Positions 1 to 9,932 of a stretch of DNA of 64,000 nt are shown here, in pieces. How positions within the stretch are numbered: position 1 is the stretch's first letter; each line of letters opens with the position of its first letter. A program made the translations under genes and the position numbers. Below the pieces are notes generated by a model. That model did not search any database, was not told the DNA's origin, and saw only the letters and a list, made by a program, of their open reading frames with translations. Where the stretch lies: contig CALSOH010000003.1 of the NCBI GenBank assembly GCA_943787925.1, positions 166,431-230,430 of the forward strand, in the 5' to 3' direction. The stretch comes from an uncultured Flavobacteriales bacterium (GTDB lineage Bacteria; Bacteroidota; Bacteroidia; Flavobacteriales; Schleiferiaceae).

Positions 1-1
1 T

Positions 2-2548
2 GAGGTTCGCAAGGAGTTTTCCGTGCTCGAGTTGATCAATGGATACCGCTCTCGTGGACACCTTTTTACCCAAACCAACCCCGTTCGCCAACGTCGTGCC
101 TATCTGCCAACATTGGACTTGGAAAATTTCCGCTTGAGTGAGGGAGATTTGGATACGGTATTCCAAGCCGCGGTGGAGGTGGGCATGCCTGGTCCGGCGC
201 CGCTGCGAGATATTGTGGCACATTTGCAGGCGATTTACTGCCGCTCTATCGGAGTGGAATACATGTACGTGCGCCAGCCTGAGGTAATTAAGTGGGTACA
301 GTCCTTTATCCATCCGAACGACAACTATCCGGCACTCAGCCAGACAGAAAAGCGGCACATTTTGCACAAGCTCAATGAAGCGGTTGCGTTTGAATCCTTT
401 TTGAATACCAAGTTTGTCGGCCAGAAGCGCTTTTCCATCGAAGGGGCTGAGTCGGTGATTCCTGGTCTTGACTTTATGCTGCAGCGCGGTGCAGAACTGG
501 GCGTAGAAGAAGTAGTTCTGGGCATGGCCCATCGTGGCCGGTTAAATGTCCTGACCAACTTGTTTGGGAAGCCGGCTTCGCAGATTTTCTCCGAATTTGA
601 GGGAAAGGAATTTGCGGAAGACGACTTTGATGGCGACGTGAAATACCATTTGGGTTATACGACGGAGCGGACTTTGGCCAATCAGAAAAAGGTCAAGATG
701 AATATTGCGCCCAACCCATCGCATTTAGAGGCGGTCGACCCGATAGTGGTGGGCATTGCGCGGGCAAAATGTAAAGGCAGTTATTCGGGAAACTTCGACA
801 AAGTATTGCCCATCCTCATCCATGGAGATGCGGCCGTAGCCGGGCAAGGCGTGGTCTATGAGACCCTGCAAATGGAGCGCCTGACAGGCTATTCCACGGG
901 GGGCACCATCCACGTCGTAATCAACAACCAGGTGGGATTTACCACCAACTATATGGACGCTCGTTCCTCCACGTACTGTACCGATGTGGCCAAAGTGGTT
1001 TTGGCGCCTGTACTTCACGTGAACGGCGACGATGTGGAATCCGTGGTGCATGCCATGCGCTTTGCCATGGAGTACCGTCAGCGCTTCCACCGCGATGTCT
1101 TCATCGATCTCTTGTGCTACCGCAAGTACGGGCACAACGAAGGCGACGAGCCCCGCTTTACGCAGCCCTTGCTGTACAAGGCCATTTCGCGCCATCCCAA
1201 TCCCCGGGAGATCTACTTCCAGAAATTGCTCGGCGAAGGCCAAGTGCCCAACACCTTGCTGAAGCAGTTGGAGGGAGAGTTCAAGGACATGCTGGAAGGC
1301 CAGTTTGATACGGCCAAGAAGATTGAAAAGAATGTCATCGTGCCCTTCATGCTGGACGAGTGGCAGAACTTCCCCGCAGCGAAGAACGGCGACGTGCACC
1401 ACCTGCCTAACACAGAGGTAGCACGTGAGCGCCTGGACGGAGTGGCAAAGGCCCTGACGACGCTTCCAGACGGCAAAAAATTCTTTACCAAAATCGTACG
1501 CCTCATTGGCGACAGGGCTGCGATGGCCTTTGAACGCAATGCCCTGGATTGGGGTATGGCGGAAATGATGGCCTATGGCACCTTGTTGCAGGACGGCTTT
1601 AACGTCCGAATTTCCGGGGAAGACGTGGAGCGCGGTACGTTTAGCCACCGCCACGCCATCATCAAATTGGAAGATTCGGAGGAGAAGGTGAGTCTGGTCG
1701 ATCAGGTGCCCCAGAAAGCTGGGCGCTTTGCGATTTACAATTCCCATTTGAGCGAGTACGCCGTGCTGGGCTACGACTATGGCTATGCTATGGCGAGCCC
1801 AGAGACCTTGGTGATTTGGGAGGCGCAGTTTGGCGACTTCTCCAACGGTGCCCAGATCATTATTGACCAGTTTATGGCGGCCGCTGAAGACAAGTGGAAG
1901 GTGCAAAACGGCATTGTGCTTTTGCTGCCCCACGGGTATGAAGGCCAGGGGGCGGAGCACTCTTCGGCCCGATTGGAGCGCTTCTTACAGCTCTGTGCGC
2001 AGAACAATATGTTTGTGTGCAATACGACGACGCCGGCCAATCACTTCCATTTGTTGCGTCGTCAGATGCATCAGAAATTCCGCAAGCCCCTGGTGGTCAT
2101 GAGCCCCAAGAGTTTGTTGCGTCATCCCTTGGCGACCTCCACGATGGAGGAGCTCAGCGCTGGGCAGTTTCAGCCTGTGATGGGGGACGATTTGGACCCC
2201 AAAGGCATTCGCAAGGTGGTCTTGTGTTCAGGCAAGCTATACTATGAGCTGCTGGAAGAGCGCCAGAAGCGGGAGGACAGCCAAACGGCGTTGATTCGAC
2301 TCGAGCAGCTCTATCCCTTGCCAGAAGCGGCCCTCGAGGCAGAACTGGCTAAATACCCATCGGACGTGAAGCTGGTATGGGCCCAAGAAGAGCCTGCCAA
2401 CATGGGTGCATGGTCCTACCTGCGCACCAACACGGATTTGCCGCTTCAGCGCGTCTCGCCCGCGGCATCTGCAGCCCCTGCATCTGGATCGCACCAGGCG
2501 GCACACCATACTCAACATGCGACCATTCAAAAAACATTTGACTGCTAA
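2..2548 (+). CDS. sucA: 2-oxoglutarate dehydrogenase E1 component (5' partial, continues upstream of the window)
   Basis: Frame is open from nt 2 with no true start in the window. Long E1o-like sequence (HGDAAVAGQGVV, LLLPHGYEGQGAEHSSARLERFLQ). The E2 gene follows 11 nt downstream. Confidence 0.95.
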   Translation, partial: EVRKEFSVLELINGYRSRGHLFTQTNPVRQRRAYLPTLDLENFRLSEGDLDTVFQAAVEVGMPGPAPLRDIVAHLQAIYCRSIGVEYMYVRQPEVIKWVQSFIHPNDNYPALSQTEKRHILHKLNEAVAFESFLNTKFVGQKRFSIEGAESVIPGLDFMLQRGAELGVEEVVLGMAHRGRLNVLTNLFGKPASQIFSEFEGKEFAEDDFDGDVKYHLGYTTERTLANQKKVKMNIAPNPSHLEAVDPIVVGIARAKCKGSYSGNFDKVLPILIHGDAAVAGQGVVYETLQMERLTGYSTGGTIHVVINNQVGFTTNYMDARSSTYCTDVAKVVLAPVLHVNGDDVESVVHAMRFAMEYRQRFHRDVFIDLLCYRKYGHNEGDEPRFTQPLLYKAISRHPNPREIYFQKLLGEGQVPNTLLKQLEGEFKDMLEGQFDTAKKIEKNVIVPFMLDEWQNFPAAKNGDVHHLPNTEVARERLDGVAKALTTLPDGKKFFTKIVRLIGDRAAMAFERNALDWGMAEMMAYGTLLQDGFNVRISGEDVERGTFSHRHAIIKLEDSEEKVSLVDQVPQKAGRFAIYNSHLSEYAVLGYDYGYAMASPETLVIWEAQFGDFSNGAQIIIDQFMAAAEDKWKVQNGIVLLLPHGYEGQGAEHSSARLERFLQLCAQNNMFVCNTTTPANHFHLLRRQMHQKFRKPLVVMSPKSLLRHPLATSTMEELSAGQFQPVMGDDLDPKGIRKVVLCSGKLYYELLEERQKREDSQTALIRLEQLYPLPEAALEAELAKYPSDVKLVWAQEEPANMGAWSYLRTNTDLPLQRVSPAASAAPASGSHQAAHHTQHATIQKTFDC

Positions 2549-2559
2549 ATCTCTCTCCC

Positions 2560-3759
2560 ATGATTCTTGACATGAAAGTTCCCTCCCCCGGTGAGTCCAT
2601 ATCTGAAGTGGAAATTGCCAGCTGGTTGGTCAGCTCTGGCGACTACGTCGAAAAGGACCAAGCCATTGCGGAAGTGGATTCGGACAAGGCCACTTTGGAA
2701 TTGCCCGCTGAAATGAGTGGGGTGATTGAAATTTTGGTGGAGCCCGGCACCACCGTGGCGGTGGGCCAAGTCGTCTGCAAAATTGACACCTCGGCAGAAG
2801 CACCTGCGGGCGGCGCAGCGAAACCTGCCGCAGCTGCGGCACCCAACCCTATGCCTGTGGCGGCCAGCGCGAGCACCCAGACCTATGCCACGGGCACTCC
2901 TAGCCCTGCCGCCAAGAAAATTCTGGATGAAAAAGGAATTTCCGCAGTGCAAGTGCAGGGTACAGGCAAGGATGGTCGCATCACGAAGGAAGATGCCGTC
3001 AACGCGAAAGTGGCCATGGGGTCGACAACCTCCGGACGCGGCGAAACCCGTCAGCGTATGAGTGCACTTCGCCGCAAGTTGGCGCAGCGCTTGGTCTCTG
3101 TCAAGAATGAAACAGCCATGTTGACCACGTTCAACGAGGTGGACATGAAGCCTATCATGGATTTGCGCAAGCAGTACAAAGAGGCCTTTGCCGAGAAGCA
3201 CGGCGTCGGCTTGGGCTTCATGAGCTTCTTTACGTTGGCTGTGGTTCGTGCTTTGAAAATGTACCCGGCGGTGGCCAGCATGATTGACGGCGACGACATG
3301 GTCAGCTTTGACAGCACGGATATCTCGGTAGCGGTGAGTGGCCCCAAAGGCTTGATGGTGCCGGTGGTTCGCGACGCAGACACGCTAGATTTTGCAGGCG
3401 TTGAGTCGGCCATCAAGGATTTGGCAACCAAAGTGCGCGATGGAAAAATCACGGTCGATGAAATGACGGGAGGGTGCTTTACGATCACCAATGGTGGGGT
3501 CTTTGGATCCATGCTCAGTACACCTATTATCAATCCCCCGCAGAGCGCCATTTTGGGTATGCACAACATTGTCGAGCGCCCCGTCGTGGTGAACGGTGAA
3601 ATCGTGGTACGCCCCATTATGTACGTCGCCTTGAGCTATGACCACCGCATCATTGACGGCCGCGAATCCGTCGGTACGTTGGTGGCCATCAAAGAGGCCT
3701 TGGAGAACCCCGTGGAGCACTTGATGGGCGGAGACGCCAAGAAGGGCCTCGGACTCTAA
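2560..3759 (+). CDS. sucB: dihydrolipoyllysine-residue succinyltransferase (2-oxoglutarate dehydrogenase E2)
   Basis: N-terminal lipoyl domain (EVDSDKATLELPA), Ala/Pro-rich linker, and a C-terminal acyltransferase core with SYDHRIIDGRE. Confidence 0.95.
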   Translation: MILDMKVPSPGESISEVEIASWLVSSGDYVEKDQAIAEVDSDKATLELPAEMSGVIEILVEPGTTVAVGQVVCKIDTSAEAPAGGAAKPAAAAAPNPMPVAASASTQTYATGTPSPAAKKILDEKGISAVQVQGTGKDGRITKEDAVNAKVAMGSTTSGRGETRQRMSALRRKLAQRLVSVKNETAMLTTFNEVDMKPIMDLRKQYKEAFAEKHGVGLGFMSFFTLAVVRALKMYPAVASMIDGDDMVSFDSTDISVAVSGPKGLMVPVVRDADTLDFAGVESAIKDLATKVRDGKITVDEMTGGCFTITNGGVFGSMLSTPIINPPQSAILGMHNIVERPVVVNGEIVVRPIMYVALSYDHRIIDGRESVGTLVAIKEALENPVEHLMGGDAKKGLGL

Positions 3760-3769
3760 TCCCAATCCC

Positions 3770-4537
3770 TTGATCGATACGCACACGCATCTAGACAATC
3801 CGCAATTGGCGGAGGATATAGATGCCGTGATGGTGCGTGCTTTGGAGGCTGGCGTCACCCACATGTTTATTCCCAATGTGGACGACGAGAGTTGGCCCCG
3901 AATGCAATCCCTACAAGCCCGGTATCCGGAACAAATTCGCTTGATGCTGGGGCTGCACCCTTGCGATGTGGGCGAAGATTGGGAAGCGGTATTGGACCGC
4001 TATGAGGCGCTTTGGGCGGAGCATGCGGCCGACTACATCGCCGTTGGGGAAATTGGCCTGGACCTGTACTGGGACAAGACCACCTTGGACCGGCAGTTGG
4101 CGGCCTTACACCGCCAATTGGACTGGTGCGTGACCTATGGCAAACCGTTTAGCATGCACGTTCGAGAGGCTTGGGGCCCCACGATGGAGGTCTTGCGCCA
4201 GCGCGCATGTCCCGAGTTAAAAGGGGTGCTCCATTGTTTTACAGGATCCACGGAGATCGCTCAAGAACTCATCGCCATGGGCCACTCGCTTGGCATAGGC
4301 GGGGTGGCTACGTTTAAAACGGCTAAAGTGGTCGAGGTATTGCGGGAAGTGGGCTTAGACCAGGTGGTGCTGGAGACCGATAGTCCGTACTTAGCGCCCG
4401 TGCCTCATCGGGGAAAGCGCAACGAAAGCAGCTACACCCGTTTGGTCGCTCAGCACCTAGCCGATTCTCTGGGATTGACAACCGCGGAAGTAGACCATAC
4501 CACGACCGCCAATGCGCGTCGTATCTTCCGGATGTAA
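3770..4537 (+). CDS. TatD-family metal-dependent hydrolase
   Basis: Begins (TTG) MIDTHTHLD, the HxH metal motif. 255 aa with a TatD-like pattern throughout. Confidence 0.85.
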   Translation: MIDTHTHLDNPQLAEDIDAVMVRALEAGVTHMFIPNVDDESWPRMQSLQARYPEQIRLMLGLHPCDVGEDWEAVLDRYEALWAEHAADYIAVGEIGLDLYWDKTTLDRQLAALHRQLDWCVTYGKPFSMHVREAWGPTMEVLRQRACPELKGVLHCFTGSTEIAQELIAMGHSLGIGGVATFKTAKVVEVLREVGLDQVVLETDSPYLAPVPHRGKRNESSYTRLVAQHLADSLGLTTAEVDHTTTANARRIFRM

Positions 4538-4547
4538 AGCCGGTTGC

Positions 4548-5538
4548 ATGAAACTTCTACTCATTTATACAGGGGGAACCATAGGAATGGTTCAAAGCGA
4601 AGAGGGGGATTTGCATCCTTTTGACTTTGATCAGTTGCTCAAATTGGTTCCCGAAGTAGCCCGCCTAGATGCACAGATTGAAACCTGGCAGCCCTGGGAA
4701 CCCATGGACAGCAGCGACATGCAGCCGGAGCATTGGGCCCTACTCGCCAAAGGCATGGATGCGCGCCGAAAAGACTACGACGGCTTTGTCGTCCTTCATG
4801 GAACAGATACGATGGCGTACACGGCTTCTGCGTTGAGTTTTATGCTATTGAACTTTGGAAAACCCGTTGTTTTCACTGGAAGCCAATTGCCCGTGGGGGT
4901 CCTTAGGAGCGATGCGCGTGAAAACCTCATCACGGCGCTCGAATTGGCGATGGCCACGGATGCCGCGGGCGCCCCGATGCTCCAAGAGGTGGCTATTTAT
5001 TTTGAATACCAGCTGCTCCGGGCCAACCGCGCCTACAAGCGTTCTTCCCAGAACTTTAACGCTTTTGAAAGCCCCAATTATCCACCCTTAGGCGGAGGCA
5101 GGTGTCTGCCTTGCAGCTATCATGCAAGACACTCTCTGTGGAGGCCTACGGGCACGTACCAGGTACCTCCTGCGTCGGATACGCGTCGGTGGGGTGCTTC
5201 TGCTTCTGGTGCCAGGGATGGATCCCAGCGTTTGGCTCGGAGGCTATCTGTCTGGATGCACGGTCTGTGATGTGGTCAGTCCTGCACACCTTTGGGAGCG
5301 GCAATGCGCCGAACTGGGACTGGCTTCCACCGCGCTTGGATCGAAGCCGGACAGCAGCGCGGCATCTCCTTCCTCAATGCGTCCCAATGTCCGATGGTGA
5401 GGGGGTGTTCGTCAGCCTGCCTATGCCGCTTCCCGAACGCTTCGCCATGCGGGCGTTTTCTCCGCTGGGGATATGACCTTAGAAGCGGTGATCACTAAGT
5501 CCATGTGGCTGTCTCGGCCAGGGCAAGCAGGGGGCTGA
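4548..5538 (+). pseudogene. ansA: type I L-asparaginase, interrupted by several frameshifts in its 3' half
   Basis: MKLLLIYTGGTIGM and HGTDTMAYTASAL lie in one frame up to about 5095. AEAGV, PGMDPSV, VLHTFGSGNAPN, IEAGQQRGISFLNASQCPM and AGVFSAGDMTLEAVITK then appear successively in different frames. The last frame ends at TGA 5536-5538. Confidence 0.85.
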
Positions 5539-6016
5539 GCTTTTCGCGAACGGCTTTTGCGCACCAATCTTGGCGGGCGAGCGCTCGTTTATAGACCTGC
5601 GCCGAGGGCTCCTGGGCGAGTTCCATTTGAATCGCTTGCTGTTTGTCTATGGCATACCACTTGTGAAGTTCCTCGGTACATAGGTATGTGCTAGTGTCCG
5701 GATTCGCTTTAATGCGTGCCACGAGGTCCATGGCATACGCGTGGTCGGGGTCCCCAGGTTTTGCCATGACCGTCCAATCGGGCTCGTGAGCTGCAAGGGT
5801 CTTTGGGATGCTTCGTCCGCCATTGGTGAGGTAGGCATCCATGAGTTCCAAATTTTGATCGCGAAAGAGACCCGACTTTCGCTTCAATGCGACCATTGCT
5901 CGCTCTGTGCGATCGCAGCTTGGACCGGTATGCTCTGTGCGCCGTCCCCACACCAATGTTCGTTTATGATCAGCCATTTGCTGCCCTGTGGCGCATTCAA
6001 GGCAGGCCACTTCCAC
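5495..6016 (-). CDS. hypothetical protein (possible frameshifted 5' extension to an ATG at about 6192)
   Basis: 173-aa ORF with no recognisable family. An upstream ATG at 6190-6192 opens MNLNLAYQAYWEK in another frame. Confidence 0.45.
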   Translation of the reverse strand: MEVACLECATGQQMADHKRTLVWGRRTEHTGPSCDRTERAMVALKRKSGLFRDQNLELMDAYLTNGGRSIPKTLAAHEPDWTVMAKPGDPDHAYAMDLVARIKANPDTSTYLCTEELHKWYAIDKQQAIQMELAQEPSAQVYKRALARQDWCAKAVREKLSPLLALAETATWT

Positions 6017-6279
6017 CTCGGGATTCAGTTGGAAACGGCTGACAGAGTCGCTTCACTCTTTGTTGATTGATCGGGAGGTAGCGGTCCATGCCCTCCAAAT
6101 CTTTGGGCATCGCTTGCAGCAAGTCGTCCAAATAGGTCTCTACCGGTAAGCGCCTTTTCCCAATACGCCTGATAGGCTAGGTTCAAATTCATAGCTACAA
6201 AGGTCTTGCTACAGTCCGTGTATAGTCAAACGTTTGCAGGGCAGGCCTTTTATGTATCTTTGCCGCCCACAACATCTTT

Positions 6280-6366
6280 GGAGAGGTGTCCGAGTGGTTG
6301 AAGGAGCACGCCTGGAAAGTGTGTATACGGGAAACTGTATCGGGGGTTCGAATCCCCCTCTCTCCG
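6280..6366 (+). tRNA. tRNA-Ser (anticodon GGA)
   Basis: GGAGAGG/TCTCTCC acceptor stem, D arm GTCCGAGTGGTTGAAGGAGC, anticodon loop CTGGAAA, long variable arm, T arm GGGGGTTCGAATCCCCC. Confidence 0.9.
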
Positions 6367-6380
6367 CAAGAACGACGCAA

Positions 6381-6407
6381 AACCCACGATGCAATCGTGG
6401 GTTTTTT
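6381..6407 (+). terminator. rho-independent terminator after tRNA-Ser
   Basis: AACCCACGAT-GCAA-TCGTGGGTT hairpin followed by a T run. Confidence 0.75.
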
Positions 6408-6588
6408 GATTTCTGGGGTGCGGTAAGCTTGATTAGCGGCAGCCCAGAAAAACAAAAATCTGCGCGCCGTAGGCGTAAATAGTTTTGTGTCGTCTTGCAG
6501 GGTCCCCCTACGGGGATCACCCGACCAAAGGGAAGGGTAATCCTCCTATCTTTAGTAAGGTAACCTTGACGGCCAACCCCCATACGCC

Positions 6589-8401
6589 ATGAAACACCCC
6601 CATCTCCTTGCGGTCGCTTTAGCGGCTTCCTCTTTTCTGAGCCTCCACGCACAAGTAGGGCCCATTTTTGAAAACGGCCAAGCGCAGAAAGTACCTGCTT
6701 TTGAGAACCCAAAGGAATGGATTCGGGAAGACCTCTGGGTAGAAACAGAATTTGACACCGATGGGGATGGGATTTTGGACCGAATGCACGTCGATGTCAC
6801 CCGCCCTGCCCAAACCAATGAGGGCCTGAAACTTCCAGTTATCTATGAAAGTAGCCCGTATTATGCGGGAACGGCAGGAAATGATCGGGATCTTTTTTGG
6901 AACGTAAAGCATGAATTGGGGGAAGTGCCAGAACCGCCAAGGCATACCGAAGTGGTGCGAAAAGGGGAACGCCCGATTCTTTCGAATTCACAAATCAACA
7001 CCTGGGTTCCCAGAGGATTTGTAGTGGTGCACTCCAGCTCGCCAGGAACGGGGTTGTCGGATGGTTCACCCACGGTGGGAGGAGATAATGAATCCTTAGC
7101 GCCCAAGGCAGTTATTGAGTGGCTTACAGGCAAAGAAAACGGGTACTCCACGCGCACGGGAGACGAAAAAGTCTATGCCTTTTGGTCCACGGGAAAGGTG
7201 GGTATGACAGGAACGTCGTACAATGGCACCTTGCCCCTAGCCGCGGCTACAACGGGCGTGGAAGGCCTGAAGGCCATCATCCCTGTTGCGCCGAATACCT
7301 CGTACTACCACTACTACCGATCGAATGGATTAGTGCGCAGTCCTGGCGGGTATCTCGGCGAGGACATAGATGTGCTCTATGAGTTCATCCATAGCGGAGA
7401 GGAATCCAAACGCGCATTTTGGGAATAGAACCGTTCGGGACGAAGTCATGCGGGCAAATATGGACCGAGCAACAGGGGACTACAATGATTTTTGGGCCGG
7501 TCGTGATTACCTCCATGACCTTGGGCCAATGCGCGCTGCACTCCTGATGTCCCACGGTTTCAATGATTGGAATGTGATGCCTGAGCACAGCAACCGCATC
7601 TACCAGGCGGCCAAGGATATGGGGCTTACCTGTTCAAATCTACTACCACCAAGGTGGCCACGGTGGCCCCCTCCCTTGGAGATGATGAATAAGTGGTTTA
7701 CCCATTTTTTGTACGATGTTGAAAACGGTGTCGAGGAAGAACCCAAAGCCTGGATTGTGCGGGAAGGGGATCTGCGCTCCCAGCCCACTCCGTATGCGGA
7801 TTTCCCCAACCCTGCCGCGGAACCCGTCGCCTTGCACCTGCGAAAAGGCGGCAGTGCCGCAGGCCGATTGAGTTTGAAAAAGCCACGCGCTGGACGGGAA
7901 CGTTTGGTGGATGACGTAGCGTTTTCTGGGGCTGATTTGGCCAGGGCATCCGCATCCAACCACAGGCTGCTTTATGTTACACCTGTGCTCAAAGAGGCCG
8001 TTCACCTTTCTGGTCTGGCAACGGTGCGCATTCGCTTGGCTTCATCTAAACCCGCCGCAAACCTTTCCGTTTGGTTAGTGTCCTTGCCCTGGGATTCCTC
8101 AGATCGAACGCCCATATACCACAACATCATTACCCGTGGATGGGCCGATCCTCAAAACCATGCGAGCGTGCGCAGCAGTGAGCCGCTTGTGCCAGGCACC
8201 TATTATTCCTTGAGCTTTGATCTGCAACCGGACGACCAGGTCATTCCTGCGGGGCAACAAATTGGACTCATGATTTTTTCAAGTGATCAAGAGTTTACGC
8301 TGCACCCAGAAGCCGGTACCGAATTGACTATAGACTTAAAGAACACGGAACTTCTACTGCCCATTGTAGGGGGTAAAAAGGCGTTCAAGTCTGCGTGGTA
8401 A
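6589..8401 (+). pseudogene. Xaa-Pro dipeptidyl-peptidase (S15 family), frameshifted
   Basis: Signal peptide, then a PepX-like sequence split between ORFs 6589-7428 and 7370-8401. A further short out-of-frame patch at about 7628-7672 hides VQIYYHQGGHGG. Confidence 0.8.
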
Positions 8402-8410
8402 GGCCTGCCT

Positions 8411-8533
8411 TCAAGGAGTAGTTATCCCGTCGTAGACGACCACCTTTTTCCATAAGTGCTGGTAATTTTCAATAAAGGCCAGATGGATGGGGTGCGACTG
8501 GTAGGCATCCTGGGCTTCTACCGATTCGCATTC
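8411..8533 (-). pseudogene. possible remnant of a Dabb (stress-responsive alpha/beta barrel) protein
   Basis: Minus-strand frame reads ECESVEAQDAYQSHPIHLAFIENYQHLWKKVVVYDGITTP-stop. There is no in-frame start, and the upstream part is only readable in another frame. Confidence 0.3.
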
Positions 8534-8587
8534 GGGTGGGTTTAAAGGCAAAAAATACGCAAATCGGCTGTGGAATACCTTTGCCGA

Positions 8588-9886
8588 ATGAAAGAAAAGT
8601 GGATGAGCCGGCTGGCCGCGGGAATCAGCATCGTCGCGGGAATGTCTTTATTTGGCTGGAGCGTCAAGCAAGTGAGTACGGGCCAATCGACCTGGCCCGA
8701 AGGTCTACAAGCGCCCCTTCGCGCCTTTGTGGGCTTTTTGGACGTTTTTGAAGCGGCGAGGGAAGAAGTGTCAGCCCTTCCCGAAACCTTTGTGAAGACC
8801 CCCGAAGATTTTCAACCGGTGAATACGCTAGACGAGGATGTGGTCGTGCTGACCAGCTTCCACAATGCCGAGGATACGCGCACCGTAGCCCTTCTCAATC
8901 TGCGCACAGGAGAAACGCTGAAAACCTGGACCATTGCGCAATTGGCCGTGCCTCAAGACCGAATTGTGCACAGCATCATGCTGCCGGACAGCTCCTTGAT
9001 TTATGGGCTGGATTGGTATTCGGGGCTCGATTCGGATCGATAAAAACAGCCAGCGCATTTGGCACCAGGACAGCATCATCCACCACCACGGAAAAAATTT
9101 GGCGGCGGACAGTACCCTATGGGCCTGTAGCTATGAGAAGGAAGCCGGGCAAGCCGTTGTACTATAGGCCCGTATTTCGCAACGGGAATGGGGCCGCTTT
9201 CCCTACCTAGACAACCATATCACGCAAATTCATGCCTACACAGGGGAGGTTTTGTTCCACAAAAGTTTGACCGAAATCCTCATGGAAAATGGACTCACGC
9301 ATGTGCTGGTCAAAAGCGAAACCCCCGGCGACCCCATTCACGTCAACGATATCGAACCGGTCCTACACGACGGTCCCTATTTCAAGCGGGGCGATCTGTT
9401 TATCAGCGCCCGGAATGGCTCCTGGATCATGCACTATCCGACCCTGCTACCGGCAAAGTTATTCGCCTCCTTGAGGGCCCTTTCTACAGCCAGCATGATG
9501 TGGACATTGAATCCGACAGCACCCTCACCGTTTTCAACAACAACTGCCTCCAGAATGAGCGGCCCCACCCCGTCCAAAGTGGCCCATGAGCGCGCTCGCG
9601 TCCTATGAGGTCGGGTCCTTTAGCTCCCAAGCAGTACGTATCTACTCTAAATCGCCCTCGGCTTGGACGTGCTCGATCGGGAGCCGTCTGGGAGGCCAAT
9701 GACCTCTTCAGCTTTCACCGAGGGCATCGTGGACGCACCTCCCTGGGTGGCGGCTACTTTGTCGAGGAGCAAAACAGCAGTGTGCTCTGGGTGATTCAAG
9801 ATGGTCTGGTGCGCTATAAAAACGTCTTGTCCTCCCACCATCCAGGCTACCACCATTTGGCCAACTGGGCGCGGGTGATGCCTTAA
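8588..9886 (+). pseudogene. arylsulfotransferase (ASST)-like protein, multiply frameshifted
   Basis: N-terminal TM anchor. ASST-like segments (GDPIHVNDIEP, FYSQHDVDIESDSTLTVFNNN) are spread over at least 4 ORF fragments in three frames. Confidence 0.6.
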
Positions 9887-9932
9887 GCGTTTCTGGAGCT
9901 GCTTGTGCGAGCCGTCGCAGTTGGGCATGCGT

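Noticed and set aside
725-1960. 411-aa ORF on the minus strand
   Set aside because: Entirely antisense to the well-supported sucA reading frame, with no recognisable family. A typical shadow ORF in GC-rich coding DNA.
6209-6712. 167-aa minus-strand ORF spanning the tRNA-Ser gene
   Set aside because: Overlaps a well-formed tRNA, its terminator and the pepX-like start. No protein-like features.
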